From positions 83,341,222 to 83,405,221 of the forward strand of contig NC_081354.1 of assembly GCF_030684315.1 (NCBI RefSeq): a stretch of DNA of 64,000 nucleotides, written 5' to 3'. This DNA is from Stegostoma tigrinum. Its lineage: Eukaryota. Below, in pieces: positions 13,577 through 26,892 of the stretch. The first letter of the stretch is position 1. Each line of letters starts with the position of its first letter. The notes below the pieces were generated by a model. It had not been told where the DNA came from and ran no database searches. It saw only the letters and a program-made list of their open reading frames with translations. Made by a program: the position numbers and the translations under genes.

Positions 13577-14464
13577 CAGTTCATATATCCTGTGTGGAAA
13601 TCTAATACAACAATTAACAATTTTCATACTTTGCTACTAAAAACAAGCAATTCCTCATGTCCCAACACCAAAAGGTAGCAAATGATTACTTTTTTTTAAG
13701 CAGACAATCCACATTGGTGACACTGTGCATTACAAAATAAGTCAAAATTCTCTCGGTTCAACAGTGCTCCTCTTCTGATGATTAGACACCAGGTCAAACT
13801 TTGGACTTTACAGATTTAAAAGAGCTGTCTCATTCAAAATTTAACCCTTCAAATCTACGTCCCCTTTGAAGAAAAGTTTGCAGATTTTAATGAGTTAAAC
13901 TTTCAACTAAACCATAGAAACAACCACCATAATGCCGTGCATTGCTAAAAATTGTAGATTATATTTGTAAAAATCTCATAGAAAACAAGAATTATAAAGC
14001 AACCCATAACAACTTAATCAATCATTTTATACTTTGCACATTCTCTATTAAGGAATCAGTAAAATGGGTTTTCTCAAAATAAAAGAATGCTGATTATGAT
14101 AACATAAATATGGAGCATGATTTTGGTTTGATTTTGTTTTTTAATGCAAGAATCCTACTGAAGCTAAATTAAAGTAGTAAAATTTGCAAAGTAATTCTGT
14201 TAATTATTAAACTGAGATACATATTTACTTTGTTGGACTTAAATTTTGATTGACGTTCTGTCAATCACATATTCAAGAGGAGAATCTCAGAGTTTTAACA
14301 GTACAGAGGGTGGGCATTCAGAACAACATGTCTGCATCAGCTGTCCAAATGCTTTGAGTTCCACACTCTAGCTCTTTCCCCTGTACCTTGCACATTGTTA
14401 GTTAAATAGAAACAATCTAATGCCCTCTTAACTCCTCAGCTGAACCTGCCTCCTTCCAGACCCA

Positions 14465-14760
14465 AATACCTCACTCCCGCCCCCTTGACCTGTCCGTCCT
14501 CCCCAGACTGACTTATCCCCTCCCTACCTCGCCACCTATCCTCTCCTCGCTACCTATCTTCTCCTCTATCCATCTTTGGTCCGCCTCCCCCTCTCTCCCT
14601 ATTTATTTCAGTACCGTCTCTCCATCCCCCTTTTGTGACGAAGGGTCTAGGCCCGAAACGTCAGCTTTTGTGCTCCTAAGATGCAGTTTGGCCTGCGGTA
14701 TTCATCCACTCCACACTTTATTATCTCGGATTCTCCAGCATCTGCAGTTCCCATTGTCTC
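14465..14760 (+). mobile_element. PLE 3' end (C-rich tract plus pseudo-LTR), family A
   Basis: Homologous to about 49390-49681; core variant GTGACGAAGGGTCTAGGCCCGAAACGTCAG. Confidence 0.85.
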
Positions 14761-15355
14761 GGCTCCTATATAAAACCCTTGTTAGGCTGCATTTGGAGCA
14801 TTGTGCGCAGTTTCGATCACCACACCACCAGAAGGACGTGGAAGCTTTGGAGAGAGTGCACAGAAGGTTCACCAGGATGCTGCCTGGTCTCGAGGGCATT
14901 GGTTTTGAGAAAAGGTCAAAAAGACTAGGATTGTTTTCACTGAAAAGATGGCAGCTGAGGGGAGACCTGCTAGATGTCTACAAGATTATGAGAGGCATAG
15001 ATAGGGTGGACAGTCAGAGGCTTTTTCCTAGGGCTGAAGTTTCAATTACAAAGGGACACGCGTTCAAGGTCAGACAGGGAAGATTTAAGTGACAAGTGTG
15101 AGGGAAGTTTTTCACATAGAGAGAGTGGTAGGAGCTTGGAAAACACTGCCTGAAGAGGTGGTGGAAGCAAATACATTGACGACATTTAAGAGGCGTCTAG
15201 ATAGTTACATGATTAGGGAGGGAATACAGAAATACAGGCTGAATTAGGGCAGAAGATTTGTTTTTTAGTTTAGTTAGGGCATGATGATCTGTACAGGCTT
15301 GGAGGGGTGAAGTTCCTGTTTCTGTGCTGCACTTCCCTTATGTTCTTTGTTTGTT
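14761..15355 (+). mobile_element. CR1 LINE 3' fragment
   Basis: LYKTLVR.HLE.C.QF.SP...RRFTRMLPGL...RGDL. Confidence 0.9.
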
Positions 15356-15429
15356 CATGATCTGTTTGCAATATCAAATCAAATATCATACGCCTGAAGA
15401 CACATCAACTCCTCACTTAACAAGATCTA

Positions 15430-15930
15430 TGTACCTCAACCTTAAAATATTTAAAGATTCTACTTTCATCACCTTTTCAGAAAGAGAGTTCCTGAGTGCA
15501 CAACGTTCCAAGAAAAGATATCACTAAATCTCTGGTTTAAACAAGTGATTTTCTTGATTGTGATAGTTCTCGAATGTCCAGCAAGCGGAAACATCTGTTC
15601 CACATTTACCCCTGTCAAAACTCCTCAGCAATTTGTGCGCATCAGTCAGGTCACCTCTACTGTTCTAAGTCCAATGGATACATATCTAGCCTGTCCACCC
15701 TTTCTTCATAATGCAACTCTCAAATTCTAGGCATTAGTCTAGTAATCTTCTCCAAACTGCCTTTGACATCCTTCCTTAGATAAGGAGACCAATACCGTTC
15801 ACAGTGCTCCAGATGCATTCTCACCAATACCCTATGTAACTGAAGCTCCCAACTTTAGTGTTCAATTCTCCTTGCGATAGAATGTTATCATTTATTAACT
15901 TTCTTAATTCCTTGCTGTACCTGCATATTA
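15430..15930 (-). mobile_element. Old CR1 3' fragment
   Basis: Degraded homology to other CR1 copies (taaggagaccaa...cacagtgctccag). Confidence 0.6.
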
Positions 15931-16551
15931 ACCTGACCTAACGTCCCCTGATTCCTGTTACCTCCAAACCCCTGACCTAATTTTGACTCTGCGCATCCAC
16001 TCTCACAAATCACACTTTACCCAACCCCTGAATCTCAATTTCTACCCTGGAGCCTTGAAACCACGTATCCCTAGTTATGACCTTTTCTAACATGCTTCCC
16101 ACCCGACAGGTAGCATTGCCTACCATGATAATCAGCATTCAGGTAAGGAATTACTTGAAAAAAAAATTCCAGTCATGAGGGAATCCAGCCTACAATGAAA
16201 TCCCAACAGAAATCTCTGTGCTATTTCCTCATTCCTGTGTTTGGAAATCCCATCCCAGAAAATGAGGGCCAAAGTTTCAGTTCACTTGTCCATTTACAGT
16301 TTACAAACTATTCCATTTACCATAAGGGCTCAATGTCTCAAACAATTAGCTGGAATATAAATAAAAATGTACACAGCACAATCCCACATTATCCAGTTTT
16401 GTCTCAATATGGGAACTGGATCTGCATAATGAATTAAATGAGCTAAATTTCAGCCACAATTTTGTATTCAGGAAGAGAATCCTAAGACAAAACTGAATAT
16501 TCACGAAAAGTATTAAAATTAACAAACAAACAAACAATCCTCTTGGCACAT

Positions 16552-17690
16552 GTTCGATAAGGTTCCCCACAATAGGCTATTGTACAAAATGCAGAGGAAT
16601 GGAATTGTGGGAGATATAGCAGTTTGGATTGGAAATTGGCTTGCTGAAAGAAGACAGAGGGTGGTAGTTGATGGGAAATGTTCATCCTGGAGACCAGTTA
16701 CTAGTGGTGTACCGCAAGGGTCGGTGTTGGGTCCACTGCTGTTTGTCATTTTTATAAATTACCTGGATGAGGGCGTAGATGGATGGGTTAGTAAATTTGC
16801 AGACGACACTAAGGTCGGTGGAGTTGTGGATAGTAACGAAGGATGCTGTAGGTTGCAGAGAGACATAGATAAGCTGCAGAGCTGGGCTGAGAGGTGGCAA
16901 ATAGAGTTTAATGCAGACAAGTGTGAGGTGATGCACTTTGGCAGGAGTAACCGGAAGGCAAAGCACTGGGCTAATGGTAAGAATCTTGGTAGTGTAGATG
17001 AGCAGAGAGATCTCGGTGTCCATGTACACAGATCCTTGAAAGTTGCCACCCAGGTTGACAGGGCTGTTAAGAAGGCAAACACTGTTTTAGCTTTTATTAA
17101 TAGAGGGATCGAGTTCTGGAACCAAGAGGTAATGGTGAAGCTGTACAAAGCTCTTGTGTGGCCGCACTTGGAGTATTGTGTACAGTTCTGGTCACCGCAT
17201 TATAAGAAGGATGTGGAAGCTTTGGAAAGGTGTGGAGGAGATTTACTAGGATGTTGCCTGGTTTGGAGGGAAGGTCTTACGAGGAAAGGCTGAGGGACTT
17301 GAGGCTGTTTTCGTTAGAGAGAAGAAGGTTGAGAGGTGACTTAAATGAAACATATAAAATAATCAGAGGGTTAGATAGGGTGGATAGGGAGAGCCTTTTT
17401 CCTAGGATGGTGACAGCCAGCACGAGGAGGCATAGCTTTAAATTGAGGGGTGAAAGATATAGGTCAGATGTCAGAGGTAGTTTCTTTACTCAGAGAGTAG
17501 TAAGGGAATGGAATGCTTTGCCTGCAACGGTAGTAGATTCACCAACTTTAGGTACATTTAAGGCGTCATTGGATAAGCATATGGACATACATGGAATAGT
17601 GTAGGTTAGATGGGCTTGAGATCGGTATGACAGGTCAGCACAACATCGAGGGCCGAAGGGCCTGTACTGTGCTGTAATGTTCTATGTTAT
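16552..17690 (+). mobile_element. Young CR1 LINE 3' fragment (RT C-terminal half)
   Basis: FDKVPH, SGVPQGSVLGPLLF, FADDTK; one frameshift near 17230; TTCTATG-type tail. Confidence 0.95.
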
Positions 17691-18089
17691 GACATCATCA
17701 GGACAGTTGCGCCTTTAACTAGGCTCTCTGGCCCAGGAGTAGGGACACTACCAATGTCCATATGAGCCCATTCTTTTAACAATTTCAGGAATTACATCCA
17801 GTACTGCACAGATATATTGTTTTTAAACTAACCTGTTTGGACACATTAGGACACATCTCTGTGACATGCCAGACTCGAAAGCAAAATGTGAACCTGGCCC
17901 ATCTGTCCCCTGAAAATTACTTAAGCTAGCTTGATCACAGATCTTTTGGTTCAGAGACAGAGACAATGCCACTGCATCACATGACACTTCAGGAGATTCA
18001 TTACATTGAATACAGTGAACAGGTATAAGTGCTAACACTGACAGACGTCAGCTTATGCGTCAAGGGGTAATAGGAGAAACTTTGCTCAC

Positions 18090-18230
18090 CTGCTGTACCC
18101 TTCAAAGCAGGACTTGCCCCTGTCAGTGTCAACAAGCCATCATCTTTCAGATGTTTTGTAGCTAAATGACTGGAGATTGTTGATGTCCACACACTCTGTT
18201 TCCACATCAACTCAGCATTTTTAAAAAGAG
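18090..18230 (-). CDS. QDPR: QDPR exon 4 ([46 protein letters not shown])
   Basis: 141 nt, caaag| acceptor, |gtgag donor; overlaps ORF 18001..18210. Confidence 0.96.
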
Positions 18231-18806
18231 CTTTGAAAAATGAATATCAGATACTGATTATTTCCAATGTTCAATATAAACTAAGGAAAAACTGCAGCAA
18301 AACAAAGAGAAAAAGAGATCACATCTTTGGAGCATCATAAAATTATTTTTATATCATTACAATGATTTTTTTCATCTTTATTGGTACTTAACAAATAAGT
18401 CTGGATTACTTCTATTTACATATGTCTGTAATCAACTATCTAAAAGCATTTATGAAATATATTTACCATTATTTTCTGTGCTAAAGCTTATAATTGGTCA
18501 GTTTTAAGCAGAAAAAATTTCCAATGGCATATCACGGGCAAAGAATGCCAACTCAAGGTCAATAAATACAACAGTTCTTGTTTCCTTGCTTAAGTACTCT
18601 ACTAGAAATGGGATTTTTGGATTAAACCATATTACTGACTAAAGCAGTGTGCAGTTAAAAGAATCTGTAAGATGTAATTGTGAAAATAGAACTCATCAAC
18701 ATACGTTCATTCAACTACATGAGATCTCAGCATAACATAAGTTTTCTTAGCCTACAGAACTATAAAATATGAACATAAGCTTTAACAAACTGCAATATAG
18801 ACTTAC

Positions 18807-18903
18807 ACGTTGCCTTTGCACTGCCACCAGCCCATCCTCCTGCTACGCAAATAATGGCATCCACCTTCTGTTCCCCAAGAAGACTGGCAACCTCTGTGGT
18901 AAC
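18807..18903 (-). CDS. QDPR: QDPR exon 3 ([32 protein letters not shown])
   Basis: 97 nt, AG/GT boundaries, diagnostic CVAGGWAGG. Confidence 0.96.
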
Positions 18904-19050
18904 CTGCGGCAATGCAAGGCATTTGCAAAATGTCAATCCCCAATGTCTAATTCATCCAGCCCTGTGGAAGGCCCGACATTAAAAGCTACAACTAAGGTCC
19001 AATGTCGTCTACCTGGATCTGCCAGCAGCATTCACTGCAATAATTATTAC

Positions 19051-19143
19051 CTGTTCCGCCTGCTCAGTGAAGGACTCGCTCGTTTTCACGATGATATTTG
19101 CATTCGCTTCTTCATTAGACATGAGATCAATGGAGGCAACCCA
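19051..19143 (-). CDS. QDPR: QDPR exon 2 ([31 protein letters not shown])
   Basis: ttgcag| acceptor, |gtaata donor, 93 nt; matches recalled vertebrate QDPR sequence. Confidence 0.95.
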
Positions 19144-19179
19144 CTGCAACCGAGAAAAGTTATCAGACAGTGAAGGAGA

Positions 19180-19710
19180 CGGTGATTTAGGTTCGGACAG
19201 AAATGAAACTCCGGCATAACGTGAAAGTCATGGCCTGTTTGTGAACTCAGCCGCAGCTTCACTCGTAACTGTGTTTAATGCAGTGCGAACGCCGCCGATT
19301 ATCCTTTAATTCATTGTAACATATGGCGAAGTGATAGGTTGTGATCTGAAACGACGAACTGCATTCTTTTCACTACCCGCCTCCCAATAAATTGTCTCCC
19401 GGTGTGTCTGCGAGTTCCCTCGTTGCTGAAACTTACCCAGTGTTTGGATTTAAAAAACTCAACACATTTCGTGCCCAAAGCTCCCCTTCCTCCATACACG
19501 ATGACTCTATGCGCCGCTGCCATTGCTGCTTTTCTCTCTGTCGGAAAACTGATCAGCTCCCAACCCCCTTTCTTTCTCAAACTGACCACGAGCCTTCTCC
19601 AATCATCCGCTCAAAACCTTCAGTAAAATAGACAGTCCAAGCAGTCTGAGAGAAGAAATATCTTGTTCTAGCACCACCCTCCCTCCGGAGGTCTCACTAC
19701 AGACGAAGAC
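19180..19710. promoter_or_regulatory. CpG-enriched promoter / first-exon region of QDPR
   Basis: CpG density above background around exon 1 and intron 1. Confidence 0.5.
19437..19523 (-). CDS. QDPR: Dihydropteridine reductase, coding exon 1 (MAAAHRVIVYGGRGALGTKCVEFFKSKHW)
   Basis: ATG at 19523; Rossmann GxxGxxG motif (GGRGALG); donor TGG|gtaagt; 87 nt. Confidence 0.95.
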
Positions 19711-19988
19711 ATATTTTAACAAGTGGCTAACCAGATGACAAGTGTTGTGCTGAAAAAAAAGTCATATTTCCACTGTCTGTTCTCCTCACAGATACTTGCT
19801 TAAATAAACTTGTAAGGATACCCTGGGTTCACCCAGTTCCATTAAATAAAACAAAAGTGCACCCTTTTTAAAACTCATTGAGTTGATGCACATGGAGGTC
19901 ATTCAGTCCCTGACATCTGCAAAGGCTCTCTGAGCATTTTGACTGATTGTCAATCTCCTATCGTTTCTGCATTGTTTTCCATTGTGTT

Positions 19989-22430
19989 GGCAGTGATTGT
20001 AACAAGGTCAGCCTGTTATTTACGAAAACACCTCTGCGAGTCCGTGTACACCAAAAGATGAGTGCAGTGTTTCTCATAGAATGAGTTCCCTGATTAGGGC
20101 TGTTAATATGGTCCAATTAGGGAGCCCTGCCTGACAGATGAGAACTGGATTGTCAGGCATGAACTCCACATGTAAATAAAGGATGACTTGGTGACAGTAT
20201 ACCGGCCTCTGTGGAGTTATTTCAGTGGTGACAAGTGAAAAGCTCGGTCCTGTAGAAATTCACTCGCAGCATTTGTTTTTGAGTTGGGGTAAGCATTTCT
20301 GGCATCGTGCAGTTATTTGGGAAACTTGATTTGTTCGATCCTGCTATTGAAGGCTGTGGAAAGAATATTACTTCGGGGCAGATGAAAAGCAACGAATAAT
20401 TCTCCTGACAGTTTGTGGATCTGCAATTTTTTCCAGTTATAAGGAGCCTAACTTTTCCTTAGGCAGTAGATACTAAAACCTTTCAAGGGTTGTTGGATTT
20501 AATTAAGGAACATTATGACCCCAAACCTCCTGAAATGCTAACTGCATATAATTACAAATTGGAACACTGTCTGGGAGGCCAAGTAGCAAACACAGATGCA
20601 TTGGGCAGCCTCCCACTGGCAGATACACCACTGATGGTACAACCCCTGGAAGAGTTCGTTCTGGTTTTAAGTCTTCTGGGCACACTTCCAGTCACAGCTG
20701 ACAATATGCTGCAGCTGTGCAAAACTCTGGCACTTGGAGTATTGCATACAGTTCTGGTCACCGCATTATAAGGAGGATGTGGAAGTTTTGGAAGGGTGCA
20801 GAGGACATTTACTGGGATGTTGCCTGGAATGGAGGGAAGATCTTATGAGGAAAGGCTGAGGTACTTGAGGCTGTTTTCGTTAGAGAGAAGAAGGTTGAGA
20901 GGTGACTTAATTGAGACATATAAAATAATCAGAGGGTTAGATAGGGTGGATAGGGAGAACCTTTTTCCTAGGATGGTGATGGCGAGCACGAGGAGGCATA
21001 GTTTTAAATTGAGGGGTGAAAGATATAGGACAGATGTCAGAGGTAATTTCTTTACTCAGAGAGTAGTAAGGGAATGGAACGCGTTGCCTGCAACGGTAGT
21101 AGATTCACCAACTTTAAGTTCATTTAAGTCACCATTGGACAAGCATATGGACGTACATGGAATAGAGTAGGTTAGATGGACTTCAGATTGGTATGACAGG
21201 TCGGCACAACATCGAGGGCCGAAAGGCCTGTACTGTGCTGTAATGTTCTATGTTCTATAATATCAGACTTTGGACACAGAAGGATCCAGTCCTGGCAAAA
21301 CAGGATGAACTGGTAGCGAGGCGGGGGTGGTGGTGTGGTGAGAAGCAAAGGGCCATCACAACCAGAGCTGAAATCTTTTTAGACCTGGAGAAACCAGGTC
21401 ACAGTAGAGGCTGGCGTATTATTTATGGGGAGCAAGAATGATTGTCCCAAGCAAAGGTCCTGCCAGATTGTGGCTGAACTCCACAAGAGTCATTCAGGGG
21501 CTTCCAAAATGAAGATGTTAGCAAGAAGTTATGTTCAGTGGCCAGGGCTGGATGCAGACATAGCTGCATTGGTGGGGCAGTGTCAGAGTGCCAACAAGGA
21601 CAAAAGGCAAAATTACTGCTGGCAAATCCCTGACATTTGTGAGAATGGCCAGGTAAACTCATTTGCACTTCAACTATGCAGATCCTTTCATGCATTCAAT
21701 ATTCTTCATCATTGTGGACACCCACTCGAAATGGCTGGATGTGCATTCATCAAACACTGGGATGATGACAGAAATACTGCGTGCATCTTTTGGAATACAC
21801 GGACTCTACAGGTGTTGTCGCAAATAACAGGCCAGCATTTACAAGTGGGCATTTGAGTATTTCCTAAAATCGAGTGGTATTTGACGTACAAGTAAACTCC
21901 ATACCCTCCATCATCTAATGGTCTGGCAGAAAGGGCTGTGCAAACATTGGAGGTAAGCTTACAGAAGCAGCCTACAGCTTCACTCGATACCAAACTCTGT
22001 CGGTTCCTGTTTGATTATAGGGCAACCCATCATGTAACTACAAGGATAGCTCCAGCAGAGTTGCTAATGGGGAGAAGATTCTGCACCAGGTTAAATCTGA
22101 TCTTCCTGGACCTGGAGGGGTGGGGAGGGTGAAATGACATTAGGAATGTCAATGCCAGACCCAGGACTCTGCTAAATGAGAGAGACAGTTTACTTCGGGA
22201 CAAAGTTCAGTAATAGGAACCATGGGAATGGACCTGCATAGGAAAGAGGCATGATCATCAGGTCCACTAATATACAAAGTTTGGGTAGGTAGATCAGTCC
22301 TGAACAAGCAAATGGACCATATGAAAGCTGCAAACTTGCAAACAGTGTGGAAACAAAATGTGCCCAGCTCCTCTACAGTCATTCCAACTGTTCCAGAACC
22401 CATGGGTTCTCCTTGTCCGTCAAGCGTTGG
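19989..22430 (+). mobile_element. Degenerate Gypsy/Ty3 LTR retrotransposon, internally deleted
   Basis: LTR about 19989-20224 ending TTATTTCA; PBS-like TGGTGAC; gag remnant (HYDPKP) joined directly to RNase H end (ANTDAL); integrase (LHxxH..KMKMLARSYVQWPGLD; PPSSNGLAERAVQT; PAELLMGR); 3' LTR not seen. Confidence 0.88.
20708..21258 (+). mobile_element. Young CR1 3' fragment inserted in Gypsy
   Basis: Very similar to 17140-17690; AATAT duplicated at both ends; Gypsy frame VTADN|IRLWTQKDP rejoins across it. Confidence 0.93.
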
Positions 22431-23330
22431 TGTGTTTTCAAAATGTAGCTATCCAATATCTACTGTACTGATAAGGAGCCAACTACAGTGTTTTCATGAG
22501 TGAAAGAAGCTGCAATATTATAATATGCTAACCTTGAGAAAAATAACAAAGAAATGCAAAATCAAACATAGATAGACAGAAATGCAAAGTTAAGAAGAGA
22601 TAGGGCTCAGTACAAAAGGAAGATTTACAAAAGAAAACTTTGCAGTCTTTAGCGGGTCCTTGGGTATAAGAATTTAACCTGAAACCGTAGTTGTTTAATC
22701 ACTATCTTTTATCTTCATCAACAGCAAATATCTGAATTCTCACTGTTCTGACATTTCTTTTTAATCATTTGTATCACTGGGCACTTTTCCTTTTCAGAAC
22801 ATCAAGAGAGAACTTTCTCTAGTTCTGCAGTCACAAATCCATCTCTTATGCTCTGTCAAGGACACATACTGAAAGACAATCTGGTTTGTATATTTGAAAG
22901 TGGGGTTCATCGTTTTTCAAGCTTGGTAACATCAGGTCATTTCTCTCATCTCCTTACAGATGTAAACCAAAACAGAGGTTTTTGTTTGGGTTAAATAGTT
23001 TCAATTTCTTTTGATAAAATATTAATTCCAAGTTCAGATAAACTCTTGCAGCATTGCTGGCATTCCTCCAGATCATGGATACCGCAGTAACCCAACTGGC
23101 CTACTTTAATTAGTCTAGCATAATTTGGTGCCTTGGTCTCTTTCACCTGTCCTAAATAAAGAATACAGCCATGGTCTCCAACAACCAGGCCACCAGAACT
23201 TCAGGTCCTTGTCACAGAATTGTGGTGCCAAATTGGCTCATTCAGCATGATCTTTGCATTTGTACAGCAACACATGAAGGGCAGTTCCTGGATTACAGTG
23301 TTTAAAATGGTGCACAGCTGGGGTTTAAAT

Positions 23331-23655
23331 CATAGAATTCCTACGGTGTGGAAACAGGCCATTAGGCCCAACAAGTCCACAGCATCCCACCCAGACCCAT
23401 TCTTCTATCCTTTCCCTATACCCTGTCTAATCCATCTAACTTACACACCCCTGGACACTACAGGCAATTTAGCATGGCCAATCCACCTAACCTGCATATC
23501 TTTGGACTGTGGGAGGAAAGCAAAGCATCTGGAGGAAACCCAATGCAGGCCATGGGGAGAATATGTAAACTCCACCCATACAGTCGCCCGAGGATGGAAT
23601 CGAACCCAGGTCCCTGGCGCTGTGAGGCAGCAATGCTACTAGCTGAGCCAGCGTG
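23331..23655 (-). mobile_element. HE1-type V-SINE (tRNA head, V domain, CR1-like tail)
   Basis: Minus strand A/B boxes (GGCTCAGC..., GGGTTCGATTCC), V-domain CTCCCACAGTCCAAAGATATGCAGGTTAGGTGGATTGGCCATGCTAAATTGCC, CR1-like 3' end. Confidence 0.85.
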
Positions 23656-25036
23656 TTGCAAATGTGTTACATGTTGGAAGAATCTGGGAGGTCTGCCTCT
23701 GTGAGAGAGTGGTGCCTTGGAATCGTAGTTAATGATGTGAGCAGGAAGGAGAATTGTGGGAGGAAAGTCATCAGGATACTCACCAAAATTTACACTTAGC
23801 CAGGACACAGAAACATTCAGCTTACTGTGTCTGCTGGATCCCTGCCAAACTTACAACTCCCTGACACTACACTATGTTCCCCATCACTGTATTGGGTAGA
23901 CAGATAGAATTGCTACTTTATGTTTTAATCAAACTTTGTGTAGGACAAGCTGTGTCAAAAATAATTACATTTTCTAACAATTATTGCATATCACACTAAC
24001 TAACAAAATAATTTCCTTCCTGAAAGGCATAAGAGTTGAAGGCCTACTTTACTAAACAGCTCTATTCTTCAAATGTACAAATTACAGTTTGCTTGTGATT
24101 CATCAGGTTAATTTACACCATGATTGATCAACTGTGTTAGAACTGCATTTAGATTAGTTACATAACTTTAATGTACCCAGGCTGGAGAGGCGATGGTCAA
24201 TTAGACTGTTTTTCTAAAATTATTATTTTGGTAATGGAACTTTTACAAAACAAGGATTGAAAGGGAAGTTGCAGAATTTGGTAGTTACTAACATCCTTTA
24301 AGCAAAATAGCTACTATTATGTCAAAGTTATTTTATTTGGTATTTGCCACAGTGCCTATCTTGTTGCAGAATTTTCATTATTTATACAGCTCTTGATAAG
24401 CATAGGCAGTGAGAACAGCAACACAGTAACCTAGGAGATGGTCACATGTGCTGCTTTAAGATTCCTCTCCTAATGAATCACTAATAGTCAGATTACACAT
24501 TCACTGACAGCGTTCATTTGATGAGGACTAACTTCTTAAAGAAAAATGCTTTTGGGTATCGTGAATCTAAAGTATTTGATTTGCTTCACACTAAGATATT
24601 TTATGAGGATTCTACAGCTACAATGAACTGGACTGTCTTCCTAAGAAAGAAGCATAGTTCATAAAGATCAGTGTAAGCACAATGGATTTTGGATCACACA
24701 GCGAAAGGTAAATTCTGAAATGAATAAGCAGGCTACTTGCCTACTTTTAAAATCTTACTTAGCCTTACTTTTAAGGCTACCTTCCTTAAATTCCCAATGT
24801 ATTTTATAATCCCATGAGAGGTAGGTTTTTGGCATGTGAGTAGGAGGCCAGGATGGTCTCGTCTGCAAAAAATTGAACTGAACTGTCTGACAGGAAGTGC
24901 ATGCATTGTGAGACAAGGAAAAGGCTGTCTGCTCTCTATTCAAAGAACTGAAAAACCGATGTCAAAATTTATGTTTGAACTCCAGTATTTAATAATAAAT
25001 ATTTTAGTAAAATGCAGATCATTAGTAATTCCAAGG

Positions 25037-25380
25037 CAGTAATATATTGGTATTGTCGCTGGATTAGTGATTCAAAACTTCAGGTAAATGCTCTGTGGAC
25101 ATCGCTGTGAATCCCATTATAGCAGATGGTCAAATTTGAATTGAATATTTAAAAATCTGGTATAAAAAGTTTGCTTAATTGCAACCTTGCAATCACTGTT
25201 GATTTTGTAAAAAAGAAGTTTGGCTTGGTAGTGCCCTTTAGCGAAGGAAATCTGCCAACCTCACTTGGTCCATCCTACATGTGGTTCCATACCCCATTAA
25301 AGTGGTTGACTCTTAACATTGCGCTGAGATGGGCAATCAATGCTGATCTAGCCAGCAACACTCATGTCCAACAAAAGTAA
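25037..25380 (+). mobile_element. tRNA-derived SINE (related copies at about 44625-44870 and 59585-59790)
   Basis: Decayed A/B boxes, conserved CCCTTTA..GAAGGAAATCTGCC core, LINE-like tail. Confidence 0.6.
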
Positions 25381-25615
25381 AAATAAATCAAAGTCAGTAA
25401 CAAATGTGATGACCTTATAAAAAGCTTTACTCAGAATGTGACTCAGTTGTGTTATTCAGTTTAATCACTGCCCTAATGGTAAACAGCTGCCTAATTAATA
25501 TAAACTGATGGCAGCTGGCTAAATGTTTAAAACTATTCCCCAATTTTATGTGTATTTTATGGTCATCTAGATAATGCTGATCCTGCGGAAGAAAAAGAAA
25601 TGTTCATTTTGGGCA

Positions 25616-25842
25616 GAGATAGTAGGAACTGCAAATGCTGGAGAATCTGAGATAACAAGGTGTAGAGCTGAATGAACACAGCAGGCCAAGCAGCATCAGA
25701 GGAGCAGGAAGGCTGACGTTTCCGGCCTAGATCCTTCTTCAGAAAACTTTTCTGAAGCAGGGTCTAGGCCCGAAACATCAGCCTTCCTGCTCCTCTGATG
25801 CTGCTTGGCCAGCTGTGTTCATCCAGCTCTACACTTTGTTAT
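25616..25842. mobile_element. Palindromic mini-PLE, family A
   Basis: TSD TTCATTTTGGGCA at 25603-25615 and 25843-25855; tail on left. Confidence 0.88.
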
Positions 25843-26639
25843 TTCATTTTGGGCATTTGAGATTTAAGTTCTCTCAATCTCTCCTCAATGTGTTGGAGTT
25901 TCAATTGAAGATGAGTTCCTTACAAGAGTCCTGATGGAGGGTGTAAACCCAAAACATCAGCTTTCCTACTCCTCTGATGCTGCCTGTGTTCCTCCAACTC
26001 CACACTGTATTGACTCGTTACAATGAAAGCTGTTTTCCATTTTGAAATACGATCACAGTCTTTAATATATAAGCACATCTGAGAAGTGCACTCTAAGATT
26101 TTCACACTTTATTATTATCTTCTCTTTCGTTTACAGTCATTCTGATATTCACTCTACTGCGGCACAGAACATATCCTGGTCCGGTGTTATTGATGCTGAA
26201 TAAGTTCGACTGGCATCATTGATGTACTGTCAAGTAATTTTATCAAACAAGGGCTGGTTATAACTTTCTATATTAATTACTTCCTATATCACCAACACTG
26301 AGGAGATGAGTACACTTAGGAGGAGACACTGTGATTATTATATCTTCTATTTTGGAGAAATGCACTAAGTATTAGAAATTTAGAAGAAAATGTGACAATT
26401 GGAATTAACAATAATATGACAAATGGACCATTGGATAAAATATATATGAATTGGTTTGATTTGAAACATTCTCCTATTTCAGTTGTGAGTTTTGAAGGAT
26501 CAAAATTTGGCTGGAACCTGGTTAGGAAGAGAATTGGTGCAAAAATAACTTACCTTCACTTGCACCTGGAAGATCTCACTGGGCCCTGCATTTATTAAGG
26601 AATTCATAGAAATAAGTTTTTGAAGTTATATTTGATGTG

Positions 26640-26892
26640 ATGCCTAGTCACTTGAAGAAAGCTCTCTTTTCTATAGCTGCTGTTGTCAGTTTTGTTTCTA
26701 TAATCCTGCTGACCGTGGCACTGGGGTCAACACGATGGGTGACTGCTTCCATTCTGTGCAAAACTGGGGCTGATATTGTAAATGCCACTGATCCAGAGAT
26801 GGTAAAGTTTATGGGACAACTTTACTATGGACTATTCCAGGGAAGGAAAATTCGACACTGTGGTCTTGGAGGACGGTGCTCTAAAATCACAA
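26640..26892 (+). CDS. CLRN2: Clarin-2 exon 1 (MPSHLKKALF...CKTGADIVNATD...YYGLFQGRKIRHCGLGGR...)
   Basis: 253 nt, donor A|gtaatt; TM1, NAT glycosylation sequon, clarin YGLFxG..CGLG motif; position between QDPR and LAP3. Confidence 0.95.

Noticed and set aside
18769-19173. 134-aa plus-strand ORF
   Set aside because: Antisense shadow of QDPR exons 2-3 with no recognisable protein features.
23220-23808. ORFs of 140, 116 and 76 aa
   Set aside because: They run through an HE1-type SINE; typical spurious repeat translations.
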